Source: Scyliorhinus canicula
Lineage: Eukaryota
Direction of reading: 5' to 3'
Assembly: GCF_902713615.1 (NCBI RefSeq)
Contig: NW_024056012.1
Coordinates: 124,001 to 188,000, forward strand
DNA length: 64,000 nucleotides
A program made the translations under genes and the position numbers. Shown one piece after another: positions 27,026 through 39,325 of this stretch. Positions within the stretch are counted from its first letter, which is position 1. Each line of letters begins with the position of its first letter. The notes below the pieces were generated by a model that worked only from the letters and a program-made list of their open reading frames with translations, did not search any database and was not told the origin of the DNA.

Positions 27026-27091
27026 AGTATTTGACACGCTGTGTCTCACTGTGATAGCTGGGGCACAGCAGTTACTATCAATACAAAAAGC
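27026..27091 (+). other. IGHD: D2 segment ATAGCTGGGG (27054-27063) with 12/12 RSSs
   Basis: AGTATTTGA-12-CACTGTG | D | CACAGCA-12-ACAAAAAGC. Confidence 0.93.
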
Positions 27092-27413
27092 CCCTCAGCA
27101 CTAATTAACTGAGGCTGGCTCAGTGCTCGCTTTTACAATCCAACTTTATTTACAGTGATGTATTATTTATTTCCAGCACTGACAAAATAATAATAATTAA
27201 TGTGGAAAATTGGTGGTCGTTATTTAGTCACTGTTGGTGTTTTCAATTACATTTGCATGTCTGTGAAATGTAAAACATTCGGTCATTTATGAAGAGAGAA
27301 CGGTATCCACAAATATTAATATAATTTCCTGAAAATTAATCGTGAATTTTCTTTGCCGTTGGTTTGTGAATATTTAAAATAATGGTGGATTTCTGTCTAT
27401 TTTGTGCAGGTCC

Positions 27414-27452
27414 GGTTATTGAACGGAGCTGCCCAGGGAATGTGACACTGTG
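27414..27452 (+). other. JH 5' RSS, 23-bp spacer
   Basis: GGTTATTGA (27414-22), 23 nt, CACTGTG (27446-52). Confidence 0.9.
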
Positions 27453-27500
27453 ACTATCTCGACTACTGGGGACAAGGCACCATGGTGACGGTGACTGCAG
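27453..27500 (+). CDS. IGHJ: JH segment (YLDYWGQGTMVTVTA, phase 1)
   Basis: WGQG motif; donor GTAAG at 27501. Confidence 0.97.
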
Positions 27501-27589
27501 GTAAGAACCATTCCATTATTTACCAACTGTTTTACTTGAGTATTTGTTTTATATTTTTCTGCATTTTCAAAATCCATTCGTTCACTGAA

Positions 27590-28940
27590 ATGTGTTTTGG
27601 TGGATCATGTATTGAGATGTTGTTGCAATGTTTCATTTGATCCTGCTGAAAGGGGGACATAGAATCCCGCGGTTTCTTGACAGAAAGATGCTGCTGAGGG
27701 ATTCAGTCCCTGTTTGCTGTGATTTGGTGTTTATTTGCTGAGGATACTGTGTGGCTGGGCTACTTTAAATACAAAACGTCTGTTTTTACGATGTTTAATC
27801 TCGGTTCTATCTAATATCTGCAGCTTGTACCGTCTTCCGCACAAGTGTTTGAGATCGAGCCCAACATTGACAAAATGTGCTAAAGTTTCTGTATTATCTT
27901 ATTGACCATGTTCTGCTTACTGAAAGTACTGATGATTTATTCAAGTTTTCTGTTCAGTTTACCTGTTCGTTCATTTGATGACATGAGGGTTTGGTGCATT
28001 TTACATTGAGATTTTCTTGCAATGTTACATGTGATTCTTTTGGAAGTGTTTGTAGAATTGAGCTGCTTCTCTATGATGTTTCATTCCTTCAGCGATGTGA
28101 TTTGGTGTTTTCCTGCTGAGGAATGTTTTTGGGTGACTTTGTGTAGAAAGGTTTGTGAAACGGTTTGGCGTGTCTGTATTGTTTCAACTCGGTGACACTG
28201 AGCGGTTACACGGTTTGTGCTTGAATACAAAGAGTCTGCGTGTTTGAAACTGCTTGTCGCTGGATTGTCGGCAGAGAACAGGGAGATTGTTTCTGCACGT
28301 GAAGAAAGTGAAAATTGCAGATTAAACTAAACCACGTTTTACGACTAATCCTTTCCGAGCACAAGTGTTGCTGCTATCAGTTTGCCGTTTGTGCAAAGTT
28401 TAATCTCGGTGGCATCTGATGGTTGCAGCTTTTACCATCAACTGCAATCATTAAAAGCATTTAAATATGTTTGAAAAATGACTCAGTATGAAAAAACTGG
28501 TTAAGTTTCAATATTTATTTGTTGTTAATATTCCAGCTCCTCGCAATGCTATTGCTGTTATTCCACATTTCTGTTTAGTTAAATAATTCATACATTTGGT
28601 GACCAGCTGGTTTGCTGGATATTGATATTTTCTTGCAATGTTAAGTTTGATCTTGTTCGATGTAGAGTTGAGTTGCTTCTCCATAAACGGGTTTAATTGA
28701 TGTGATTTAGTGTTTTGTTCAATTGATGTGATTTAGTGTTTTGTTCTGCTGAGGAGATTGTGTATCTGGGTGACTTTAAATGATTAAGATCTGTGAAACG
28801 GTTTAGCGTTTCTGCATTGTTTCTGCATTGTTTAAACTCGGTGACACTGAGCGGTTACACGTTTTCTGATTGAATGCAAACAGTCTCCGCGTTTGAAAAT
28901 GCTTGAAGGGAGATTGTCGGGAGAAAACAGCCAAGCTTAA
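27590..28940. repeat. Three diverged tandem copies of a 0.4-0.6 kb unit just 3' of JH
   Basis: Shared blocks ATTGAGAT..TTGCAATGTT and TGTGATTT(G/A)GTGTTT..TGCTGAGGA recur at about 27605/27720, 28005/28097 and 28620/28728. Confidence 0.75.
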
Positions 28941-31900
28941 GAAAATAATCGAATAAAGATATATTGATGCATTTTGTAATTTTAACTGATGCTTCCAGAT
29001 TAAACGAAATAGTGACTGAAACGCCCATGCAGAACATAGTAACATTTATATAATTCAAACAATTGCAATGCGGTGATACAACTCCATATTAACCAAAGGT
29101 TATTTTCGATTAATATAATTCATCATTAATCACCTTTCACAATCATGCTGTGTCCTGCACGAGGTTGACATGGCCGGACAGGTTTCTCGGCTGGAAATAC
29201 TTTGTAGTTCCAGTTAATCTATTATTTCAGTGCCGCTGCAACCACATTATATATTCACTGTAATGCGTAGTTGGATAGCGAGGTAATTATCAGTAATCTA
29301 ACCTGAAACAGTTTTCTGAGATGTGGAAGTCGCTGCCAATCAAGGAATTGTTCCCATGGTTTTATTTGTATTATAGGAAAGTTCAGATTGCATATGGCAA
29401 GAGATTGAAAAGTAAAAGCTTGAATGTCAAACCGATTTATTTATTTACAAAAGGTTAACAGTACCTTTGCATTTTATAATGACACCCTGTCTCCCACGGC
29501 TGTGCTCTACACACGATAGAATTATAGGAAGAACAGATGATAGGAAAGAAAGAATGATTATATCTTAGCTTTCGGCTTAAATTTTATTAAATGCTAAATT
29601 CAACAACAAATTTTCCACTCCACTTGCTCATAATGGGTCAGTTTTGCAAATGATTAGAATAAATATTACTGAGCTGTTCTCGTTATATTCATTACTTTCT
29701 GAGAATAGATGGAGTTTATGATTTATCAATGTGTTCAGAAAGGCGCATATTTTACACATTTGTAGGTCGAATAGAGCAATTGGAGTAAAAAAAATAAAAT
29801 GTGAATATAGTCAATTAAATGTTAAGATGATTCCATCGAGTAATTTGGAGTTTACTGTTCAACATTGTTTGATTGTCAGGTTGTTTTAATTAAACCCCAA
29901 TTATTTCATAAAGATCTGGGTAAAAACAAATTGGGGATTATTGAATGCTATTTTTATTATATTTATTATTATAGTACAGATAATCGAATAAAGAATTAGC
30001 TGACAATTAACAATAACTCACAATACAATATCAGTGAGAATTAATTCAGCATAAATGATCTCCTACAATTGAGTTGTATCCTGGCGTGCAATATCTCAAA
30101 TGGTTTAGAGAATTTTAATAATATCTAAAATTAATTTAGGAACCCATACATTTCATTATACTGCTGTGTGCAGCTAAATTCTTTTGCTGATTACATTCTT
30201 TTGCCCTGATTCTTTTGCTGATTATATTTAGTTGTGTTTTTAGAACATATCAGTGGGTAATGTGAATATTTCCTGGTTTGTTTAATTATTGCCCTGTCAC
30301 TGAGTCTCTGTTCCGTCATTAATCTACCCTGAATCTGTAATATTTAATCTGCTCATTTTCAGCAAAACTACTTTTTGCCCAATTATCGAGTTTTGAGACA
30401 GACGGAGAGAAATAGTTAAAAACCGAATGCAGTTTTGAAATTAATGTCAGTTTAATTTCAAATAAGTCACTAAATTATTGTTGTCGGAAGTTGACCATTG
30501 ATAAATTAGAATCAAACAGTTTCATGAAACTGACAGATTGAACAGATCTGCTGGAACTCGGTTGTTGCCATGTGTGTCTGTTCAGTTTCTGTGCGCGCGG
30601 TCACTGTGCTGGGACCAGGAATCTTCCTGACTGGTTGTAAATCTTCTACTTCATTTTCCAGTATTTCAGGGAGTACAATTTGATCAAGTCCTTCAATAAA
30701 ACTTGTATATGTGTGGAATGTGGAAATTGTACTTGATGTTTGACCAGGCGACTCAGAAAGGGGATTCCAAATCCAGATTGTGACAGTCAGAAAGAATTCA
30801 GCAACGCCAGACAGGCTGGAAAAGGAGATTTGGTTGATTTTTAAGCAGTGGTGTATTGGTCTTGGGAATTTTCGATTAGGCAATGCAGAGAGCGATTTAT
30901 TGGGTTACATTCCGTGCTATGGCAGTCCTTGATTTATTTAATGGGTCAGTGCAGCGGAGAAATCCCTTTGCATTATATTTTTAATCCTATCCTAGGATTC
31001 TGGAGGCGCTGGCAAGGCCAGATTTTATTATATATGCCTAAGGGTTCTTGGGAAAGTTTTGATGTGAAGCATCCTTGAATAGCTGCAGTCCATGTGGCGG
31101 AGGTCTATCTGCAATATTGTCAGGGAGGGAGTTCCAGAATTTTGACTCGGCGACAGTGAAGGAATGGCGCTATATTTCCAAATCAGGATGGTGAGTGTCT
31201 TGGAAGAGAACTTGCAGGTTTTGGTGCACCCATGCATCATCACAAACACAGACACACTCTCGCTCTCTTACACACATTCTCTCACAGCCTCACACAAACT
31301 CATTCTCTCACACACATAATCACAATACTTCTTTCAAACATACACACTGTGCCTCACACACAATCACACTCTCACAGTCTCACTCTTAGACACACTGTGA
31401 CGATCTCTCACACACACTTTCACTCACACGCTCTCTCACTCACACACATTCGCTCACACGCTCTCTCACTCTCACACGCACTCTCCTTCACCAAATCTCT
31501 GACACACCTTGCCTCACTCTCACACCCACTCTCAAACACACAGACCGTCTCTCTCCCTCACATACATGCATAATCGCTCTTCAAACGTAGCATTTTTTCT
31601 TTCAGGCTCTCTCTCACACACATTTCTCGTATATACACACACACAATATCTCAGACGCACACAAACTCGCCACCACATTATTACTCTCTCACTCTCTCGC
31701 TCTCACGCACTCTCACACGTGCACCCTGGCACATGCCCTCTCTCTCTCTCATGGACACTGTCTCATTCTCTCTCTGACACACAATCTATCTCTTTCAGGC
31801 ATGCAGTATCTCACACTCTCTCTCTCTCACATTCTCTCTCTCTCTGACACACACTCTCTCAGATGCACATTCTTTCTCTCACACATTCCCTCTCTATTAC

Positions 31901-32227
31901 GGACACACTATATCAGACACACAGATCTCCGTCTCCCACACAGTCTCACATCCATAATCGCTCTTCAAACAGAATCAATCCTTCTTTCACACACACAATC
32001 TCAAACATACTATCTCTCTCCCTTTCTCTCACACACACTTCCACAGACACACACACGCACCCTGTCACACACACATTCTCTCACCTGCTCTCTCATGCAC
32101 ACTGTGTCACGTGTCTCTCACACAAAATCTCTCTTTCGCACATGCACACTCTCATACACAAACACAAACATACTCACACAAACACTTATTTCTCTCACAC
32201 ACACAAACACTGGTACATACATATCTC

Positions 32228-32449
32228 AGTAAGAAGTCTTACAACACCAGGTTAAAGTCCAACAGGTTTGTTTCAAACACGAGCTTTCGGAGCACGGCTC
32301 CTTCTTCAGGTGAATGAGCCTTCTTCATTCACCTGAAGAAGGAGCCGTGCTCCGAAAGCTCGTGTTTGAAACAAACCTGTTGGACTTTAACCTGGTGTTG
32401 TAAGACTTCTTACTGTGCTCACCCCAGTCCAACGCCGGCATCTCCACAT
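32228..32449. mobile_element. Penelope-like element end forming a perfect inverted repeat, with 12-bp TSD
   Basis: Arms 32227-32317 and 32325-32415 are exact reverse complements with a 7-nt loop; CATACATATCTC at 32216-32227 and 32450-32461. Confidence 0.8.
32330..32364 (+). ncRNA. Minimal type I hammerhead ribozyme motif (mirror copy on - strand at 32278-32312)
   Basis: CAC-CTGAAGA-A-GGAGC/CGT/GCTCC-GAAA-GCTC-GTG: catalytic core boxes, 5-bp stem II, palindromic AGCT stem III, CAC/GTG stem I. Confidence 0.65.
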
Positions 32450-33337
32450 CATACATATCTCGTAAACACACTTTCTTTCACTCAAACACAGACATGTTCT
32501 TTGGCATACTCTCTCACACGTTCTCTCAGAAACACACAAACTCGGCCGCACAATCTGTCCTTCTCAGACACACGGTCTCTCCCTCATACAGATACAAACG
32601 CTCCCACACAAACAGTATCTCGCAAACACACATTCTCTCACTCAAACAGAGACATATTCTTTGGCATACTCACACCTTCTCAGAAACACACAAACGCGCC
32701 CCCACATTCTGTCTCTCTGTGACACACGTGGTCTCTCTCTCTCACTGTCTGAGGTACACACCCACATGCTCTCTAATCTCTGTCACACACTCAATCATAC
32801 ACACACTATCTCGAACTCACGCACACAATCTTCCGTTTACACACACTCTCACACACATTGCCTCTCTCACTCACACACAAAATCTCACACACACACATCC
32901 CCTCACACACTCTCACACAGAAACTCTCCCTTGCAAATTATTTTATTCTCCCTCTAACACCTATCTCACATACATACACGTACTCTATCTGTAGGAGTGT
33001 GGTCTGTTCAGTTTCTGAAAGTATTAAAGCAGCTGCCCAGTGATCTACACTGCTGTCTGACTTTACACAGCCGGTGTTACTGAAAGCTGATTAATGTGGA
33101 GAATCAGGACAGGATCGATGGAGCGGAAGAGGAGGAGGCGGGGGTGGTGGAGCCGAATGGAGGAGCCCCCAGCACGGCTGTGGACAAGACAAAAGGAAAC
33201 TGAGTCTGAGCGGAAAATCATCCAGAGAAACATCGTCCTAATGGCTGGGAGCACCTGTGAATCATCACTCAGCCACGGTCACTCACTCACTCACTCACTC
33301 ACTCCCACACCCTCACTCACACATCCTCACTCACTCC

Positions 33338-33555
33338 TTTTTTAAAATAAATTTAGAGTACCCAATCCATTTTTTCTAATTAAGGGGCAATTTAACGTAG
33401 CCAATCCACCTACCCTGCACATGTATGGGCTGTGGGGATGAAACCCACGCAAACACGGGGAGAATGTGCAAACTTCACATGGACAGTGACCCAGAGCCCG
33501 GATCGAACCTGGGACCTGGACGCTGTGAGGCAGCAGGGCTACCACTGCAGCACCA
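33338..33555 (-). mobile_element. HE1-like SINE inserted in the CACT repeat block
   Basis: Reverse complement of the 4583-4808 family. Confidence 0.85.
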
Positions 33556-36500
33556 TGCTGTCCTTTCACTCACTCCTTCACACACACTTACCCACCGTCA
33601 CTCACTCACACAGCCTCACTCACTCACACACACATTCTCACACACCCTCACTCACTCACCCACTCACTCACTCACACCCACCCTCACTCACACACCACCT
33701 CACTCACCCTCACTCACTCATCCTCACACACTAATGCACACTCCCTCACTCACGCACCCTCACTCACTCACACTCACACACTAATGCACACTCCCTCACT
33801 CACACGCCTTCACTCACACACACATCCTCACTCACCCTCACTCACCCACTCTCACTCACTCACACCCACCCTCACTCACACACCCTCACTCACACATCCT
33901 CACACACTAATGCACACTCCCTCACTCACACGTCTTCACTCACTCACACACACTCACTCACCCACCCTGAGACACTCACCCACCCCCACTCACACACCCT
34001 CATTCACCAACCCTCAATTATCCACCCTCACTCACAAATCTTCACTCATCCACTCTCTCACACACACTCACTCACCCACCTTCACTCACACGCACTCACC
34101 ACCCTCCCTGAATCTCCCTCATTCACCGACTCTCATTTCCACACCCTCACTCACTCCCACACCCTCACTCAACACCCTCACTCACACACCCTCACTCACA
34201 CACCCTTACTCACACACCCTCACTCACACACCCTCACTCACTCCCACACCTTCACTCACACACCCTCACTCACACACCCTCACTCACACACCCTCACTCA
34301 CACGCCCTCACTCACTCCCACACCCTCACTCACACATCCTCACTCACACATACTCACACGCAGTCGCTACCCTCCCTGAATCTCCCTCACTCTCCTACAC
34401 TCCCTTGCCACCCTCACTCACTCACACACCCTCACTCACACATCCTCACTCACACACCCTTACTCACACACCCTCACTCACACACCCTCACTCACACGCC
34501 CTCACTCACTCCCACACCCTCACTCACACATCCTCACTCACACATACTCACACGCAGTCGCTACCCTCCCTGAATCTCCCTCACTCTCCTACACTCCCTT
34601 GCCACCCTCACTCACTCACACACCCTCACTCACACACCCTCACTCACACATCCTCACTCACACACCCTCACTCACACATACTCACTCACACATACTCACA
34701 CACACTCGCCACTCTCCCTGAATCTCCCTCACTCTCCTACACTCCCTCGCCCACCCTCACTCACTCACACACCCTCACTCACTCACACACCCTCACTCAC
34801 ACACCCTCACTCACTCACACACCCTCACTCACACACCCTCACTCACAGACCCTCCGTCACTCACACCCCTCACTCACACACACTCACTCAGATGCACTCA
34901 TGACACTTCCTGAATCTCCCTCACTCACCTACTCTCCCTCGCCCACCCTCACTCACTCACACAGTCTCACTCACACACCCTCACTCACACACCGTCACTC
35001 ACTCAAACAGCCTCACGCACTATAACACCCTCACTCACCATCTCTCTCTCACACTTATTCACTCACACTTGCTAGCCCAACCTAAATTGCTCACTCTCAT
35101 TCACCTGCACTCATTCACACACCTTCACTTCACCTTAGTCACCCACACTGATTCACTCACCCACCCTCACTCACTCAGCCTCACCTCGCTCATCGTCACT
35201 AACCCTCAGTCATGGAACCTCACTCAGTCACCCTCACTCATTCAGCCTCAGTCACACACCTTCACCCTACCCTCATTACTCACCCTCAATCATCTTCACT
35301 CACTCACACACCCTCACTCATTCTTCCTCGTTCACCCAGCTTTATTCACTCACCCACTCTCACTCTCTCAGCCTCATTCACTCACCTACCGACCCTCACT
35401 CACCTTCATTCAGTAACCCACCTACGCACCCAACCTCATTCAGCCTCACACACCCACCCTCACTGATCCTCCTTCAGTCTCTCGGCTCAATCAATCACCC
35501 ATCCTCACTCACCCTCACTCACTCACTCACCCACCCATCCTCACTCACTCACCCGCACTCACCCACCCACCCTCACTTACTCACGCTCAGTCACACACCC
35601 ACCCTCACTCATCCTCATTCAATCACTCAGCTCAATCAATCACCCATACTCACTCACTCACCCTCACTAACTCACCCACCCACCCTGACTTACTCACGCT
35701 CAGTCACACACCCTAACACACTCACTCTCATCCATTTACCCTCACTCACCCACCTTCATGTACTCACGCTCAGTCACATACCCTCACACACTCACCCTCA
35801 ATCACTTACCCTCACTCACTCACCCTCACGTACTCAAGCTCAGTCTCACACCCTCACACACTCACCCTTATTCACTTACCCTCACCCTCCCATGCTCACT
35901 CACCCTCTGTCACACTGTCCTCACTTACTCAGCCCCATTCATTCACCCACCCACCCTCACTCTCCTCATTCAGTAACTTACCCTCACTCAGTCACCCACC
36001 CACCTTCACTCTCCTCATTCAGTAACTTACCCTCACTCAGTCACCCACCCACCCTCACTCTCCTCATTCAGTAACTTACCCTCACTCAGTCACCCACCCA
36101 CCCTCACTCTCCTCATTCAGTAACTTACCCTCACTCAGTCACCCACACTCACTAACACACTCACACGCCCACTCTCACTCACCCACTCTCATTCACTCGA
36201 TCTCACTGACGCCCACAATCACTCACCTCACTCACTCACTCTCTCACTCACACTCACCAACTCACCCACCCTCAGTAAACTACCCTAACTCAGCCCCACT
36301 CACTCAACATCACACCCACCATCACTCCCCATCCTCTCGCATTCGCCCACCCTCACTCACTACCCTCACTCACCCACCCTGACCCACTACCCTGACTCAC
36401 TACCCTCACTCACACAGCCTCACTCACAAAGCCTCACTCACACAGCCTCACTCACACACCCTCACTCACACACCCTCACTCACACAGCCTCACTCACACA

Positions 36501-38531
36501 GCCTCACTCAGCCTCACTCACACAGCCTCACTCACACAGCCTCACTCACACACCCTCACTCACACACCCTCACTCACACAGCCTCACACACACAGCCTCA
36601 CTCACACACCCTCACTCACACACCCTCCCTCACACAGCCTCACTCAGCCTCACTCAGCCTCACCCACACAGCCTCACTCACACACCCTCACTCACACAGC
36701 CTCACTCACACAGCGTCACTCACACAGCCTCACTCACACACCCTCACTCACACAGCCTCACTCACACAGCCTCACTCACACACCCTCACTCACACACCCT
36801 CACTCACACAGCCTCACTCACAAGGAGTCTCTCACCCACCATTACCCATGCGCCTTCACTCACAATCTCACCCATCCTCACACACCCTCACTCACCCATG
36901 TTCCCTCTTACATCCTCACTCAGCCACCCTTACTTACACGCATTCATGCACCCACACTTTTACACCGCTCTCAGTCACTGTCACTTACACACACTCACTC
37001 ACCATCACTCACACACCCTCATTAACTCACTCGCCATCACTCACCCAACCTCATTAAATCACCCTCGCCTCTCACCCTCACTCACTCATGCACCCGCTCT
37101 CATTCACTCCCTCATTCTTACCCATCCACTCTTATTCTCTCATTCACCCTCACTCACTCAACCACTATCACATACCCTCGCTCCCACACACATGCTCCAC
37201 CGCTCAAGCGCCCTCACTCACCCAAGTTCACCCACTAATTCTGTTACACACCTCGCTCACAGCCACACTCATACAGCCTTAACCACCCTCACTCATTCAC
37301 TCCCACTTATTCACCCTCACTCATTCACCCTCCGCATACACTCACCCGCAGTCACCAATCCTGCCTCACCCACCCTCACCCACTCACCTTCACCACACAA
37401 CTTCACTCACAAACTCACCCTCCAGGCCTCACTCACCCATCCTCACTTATTTTCCACCTCTCACTCACTGTCCCTCACCCATCATGACTCACTCACCCTC
37501 AGTGACACACCCTCACCCAATTACACTCACTCAGTCAACCCCCCATTCTCTCCCACTCATCCACACTCTCATATCCTCAATCACCCAACTCACTCACCCA
37601 CACTCACTCTCCTACCCTCACTCAGTTACTCACTCATCCACACTCACTCTCCTACCCTCACTCAGTTACTCACTCACCCACACTCACTCTCCTACCGTCA
37701 CTTAGTTACTCACTCACCCACACTCACTTTCCTACCCTCACTCAGTTACTCACTCACTCTCTTCATTCTCTCTTATTCACGGTCCCTAAATCAGCGAGGG
37801 AATGTCTGGAACGAGAGAGAAAGAGAGAACTGGAGTGGGACATGATCACGAGAGGTGCCCACATGTGTCTGTTGGCCCGGGATTGGGGAGAGCCGGGGGT
37901 AGTTCAGAGAGTCGGGAGAAAGCGCCGGAGCCGGGAGAAAGCGCCGGAGCCGGGAGAAAGAGCAAGGAGGCAGGGAAAGGGCAGGAAAGGGAGTGGTGGG
38001 GAGGAGGGGGGCAAGCACAGAGATGTGGGAGCCAGGGGAGAGATTCTGCGGAAAGCTCAGGGAGCCGTCGCAAAGGACAGAGAGCTGGAAGAAAGAGAGC
38101 AGGGGAAAGGTGCCGAGAGCCGGTGGAAGGTGCAGAGAGCTGAGAGAATTGCAGTGATCGGGAAAAAACTCAGCAAAGAGTGGGCGATAAGCGGTAAGAT
38201 TCCGCGCACAATAATGGCAAAAAAACTGAAAGAACCGCGGAAAGTACCAGGAACCGGGGCAAAATCCAAAGAACGGGAAAAGTGAAGAGCGCATGGACAA
38301 AGCAGAACGAGATGGAGGAAAGTGCGGAGAGACAAAGGAAAAGGCAGAGATGTCGGGGAAAGCCGGAGAGCCGTCTAAAAGAGCAGACAGCTGAAAGAAA
38401 GTGAAGGGAGCAGGTGAAAGGTGCAGAGATCCCCCGGAATGGCAGAGAGATGGGGGAACGAACAGGGAGCGCGGGGCGGGGTGCGGGGGATTGCAGACAG
38501 CCCGGTCTCAGTGACAGGCGGAATGCTGTTC

Positions 38532-38822
38532 ATTGTGACGTACACCGCTCAGTTTGCTGGATTGTGACGTGCACAGCTCAGTTTGCTGGATTGTGACGTA
38601 CACAGCTCAGTTAGCTGGATTGTGACGGACACAGCTCAGTTAGCTGGATTGTGACGTACACAGCTCAGTTTGCTGGATTGTGACGTACACAGCTCAGTTA
38701 GCTGGATTGTGACGTATACAGCTCAGTTAGCTGGAATGTGACGTACACCGCTCAGTTAGCTGGATTGTGACGTACACCGCTCAGTTAGCTGGATTATGAC
38801 GTACACAGCTCAGATAGCTGGA
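38532..38822 (+). repeat. 10 x 29-bp tandem array (GCTCAGTTAGCTGGATTGTGACGTACACA) running into a tRNA-SINE head
   Basis: TGACG at an exact 29-bp period from 38536 to 38797; continues into GCTCAGATAGCTGGACGGCTGGTTCGTGATG...GGGTTCAATT. Confidence 0.92.
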
Positions 38823-39325
38823 CGGCTGGTTCGTGATGAAGAGCGATCCCAGCAGCGCGGGTTCAATTGCTGGACCGGCTGAGGTTATTCATAAAGACCC
38901 CCATTTCCAACCTTGCCCCTGGCCTGGGATGTGGTGGCCCTCGGGTTAAATCACCACCAGTCAGCTCTCAAAAGGAGAAATCAGACTCCAGGACTACGGC
39001 GGGGTTTCACATTTTGGAGAACATGATGGCTGAAATAATGGGAAAAATCATCCGCACTTCGCTTTCAATCCAATGAAATTTACATCATTCTGATGACATC
39101 AAAATGTTGTTTTATGCCAGGTGATATGGACGGAGAAAAATATGTACGTTTCTAATGAGGGGCCAAACAGGTGGTGATTCTCAAATGATAAAACTAATAG
39201 AAGCTGAAATGTGGATGGAAAAATGTTGGAATAAACGCATAATTCTCGTGAATTTTAGAAATGTTTGGTTGCTTAATAAATACAATCCCAGAGTCTAACT
39301 TGTTGAATGGGCCATTCTCTCCCAG

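Larger units (their letters stand above)
31240..37785. repeat. About 6.5 kb of C/A/T-rich low-complexity repeats (CTCACTCACACA-like) in the J-C intron
   Basis: Near absence of G on the + strand; degenerate (CACT)n/(CA)n; interrupted by a PLE (32228) and a SINE (about 33340). Confidence 0.95.

Noticed and set aside
27391-27452. Good-looking splice acceptor (TTTTGTGCAG) just upstream of the JH RSS, which might allow leader-to-J splicing
   Set aside because: Both the leader-phase frame and the J frame hit TGA before JH, so no protein results; a non-coding use cannot be judged.
28190-28860. GTGACACTGAG motifs resembling the JH heptamer context (possible relic J segments)
   Set aside because: The heptamer is broken at an essential position, there is no nonamer at the right spacing, and no WGXG follows.
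33784-37845. His/Thr/Pro/Ser-rich ORFs (413 aa, 315 aa and others)
   Set aside because: A G-free CACT repeat strand rarely contains stop codons; these lie inside the J-C intron.
38532-38822. CRISPR-like array
   Set aside because: Head-to-tail repeats without unique spacers, in a vertebrate intron.
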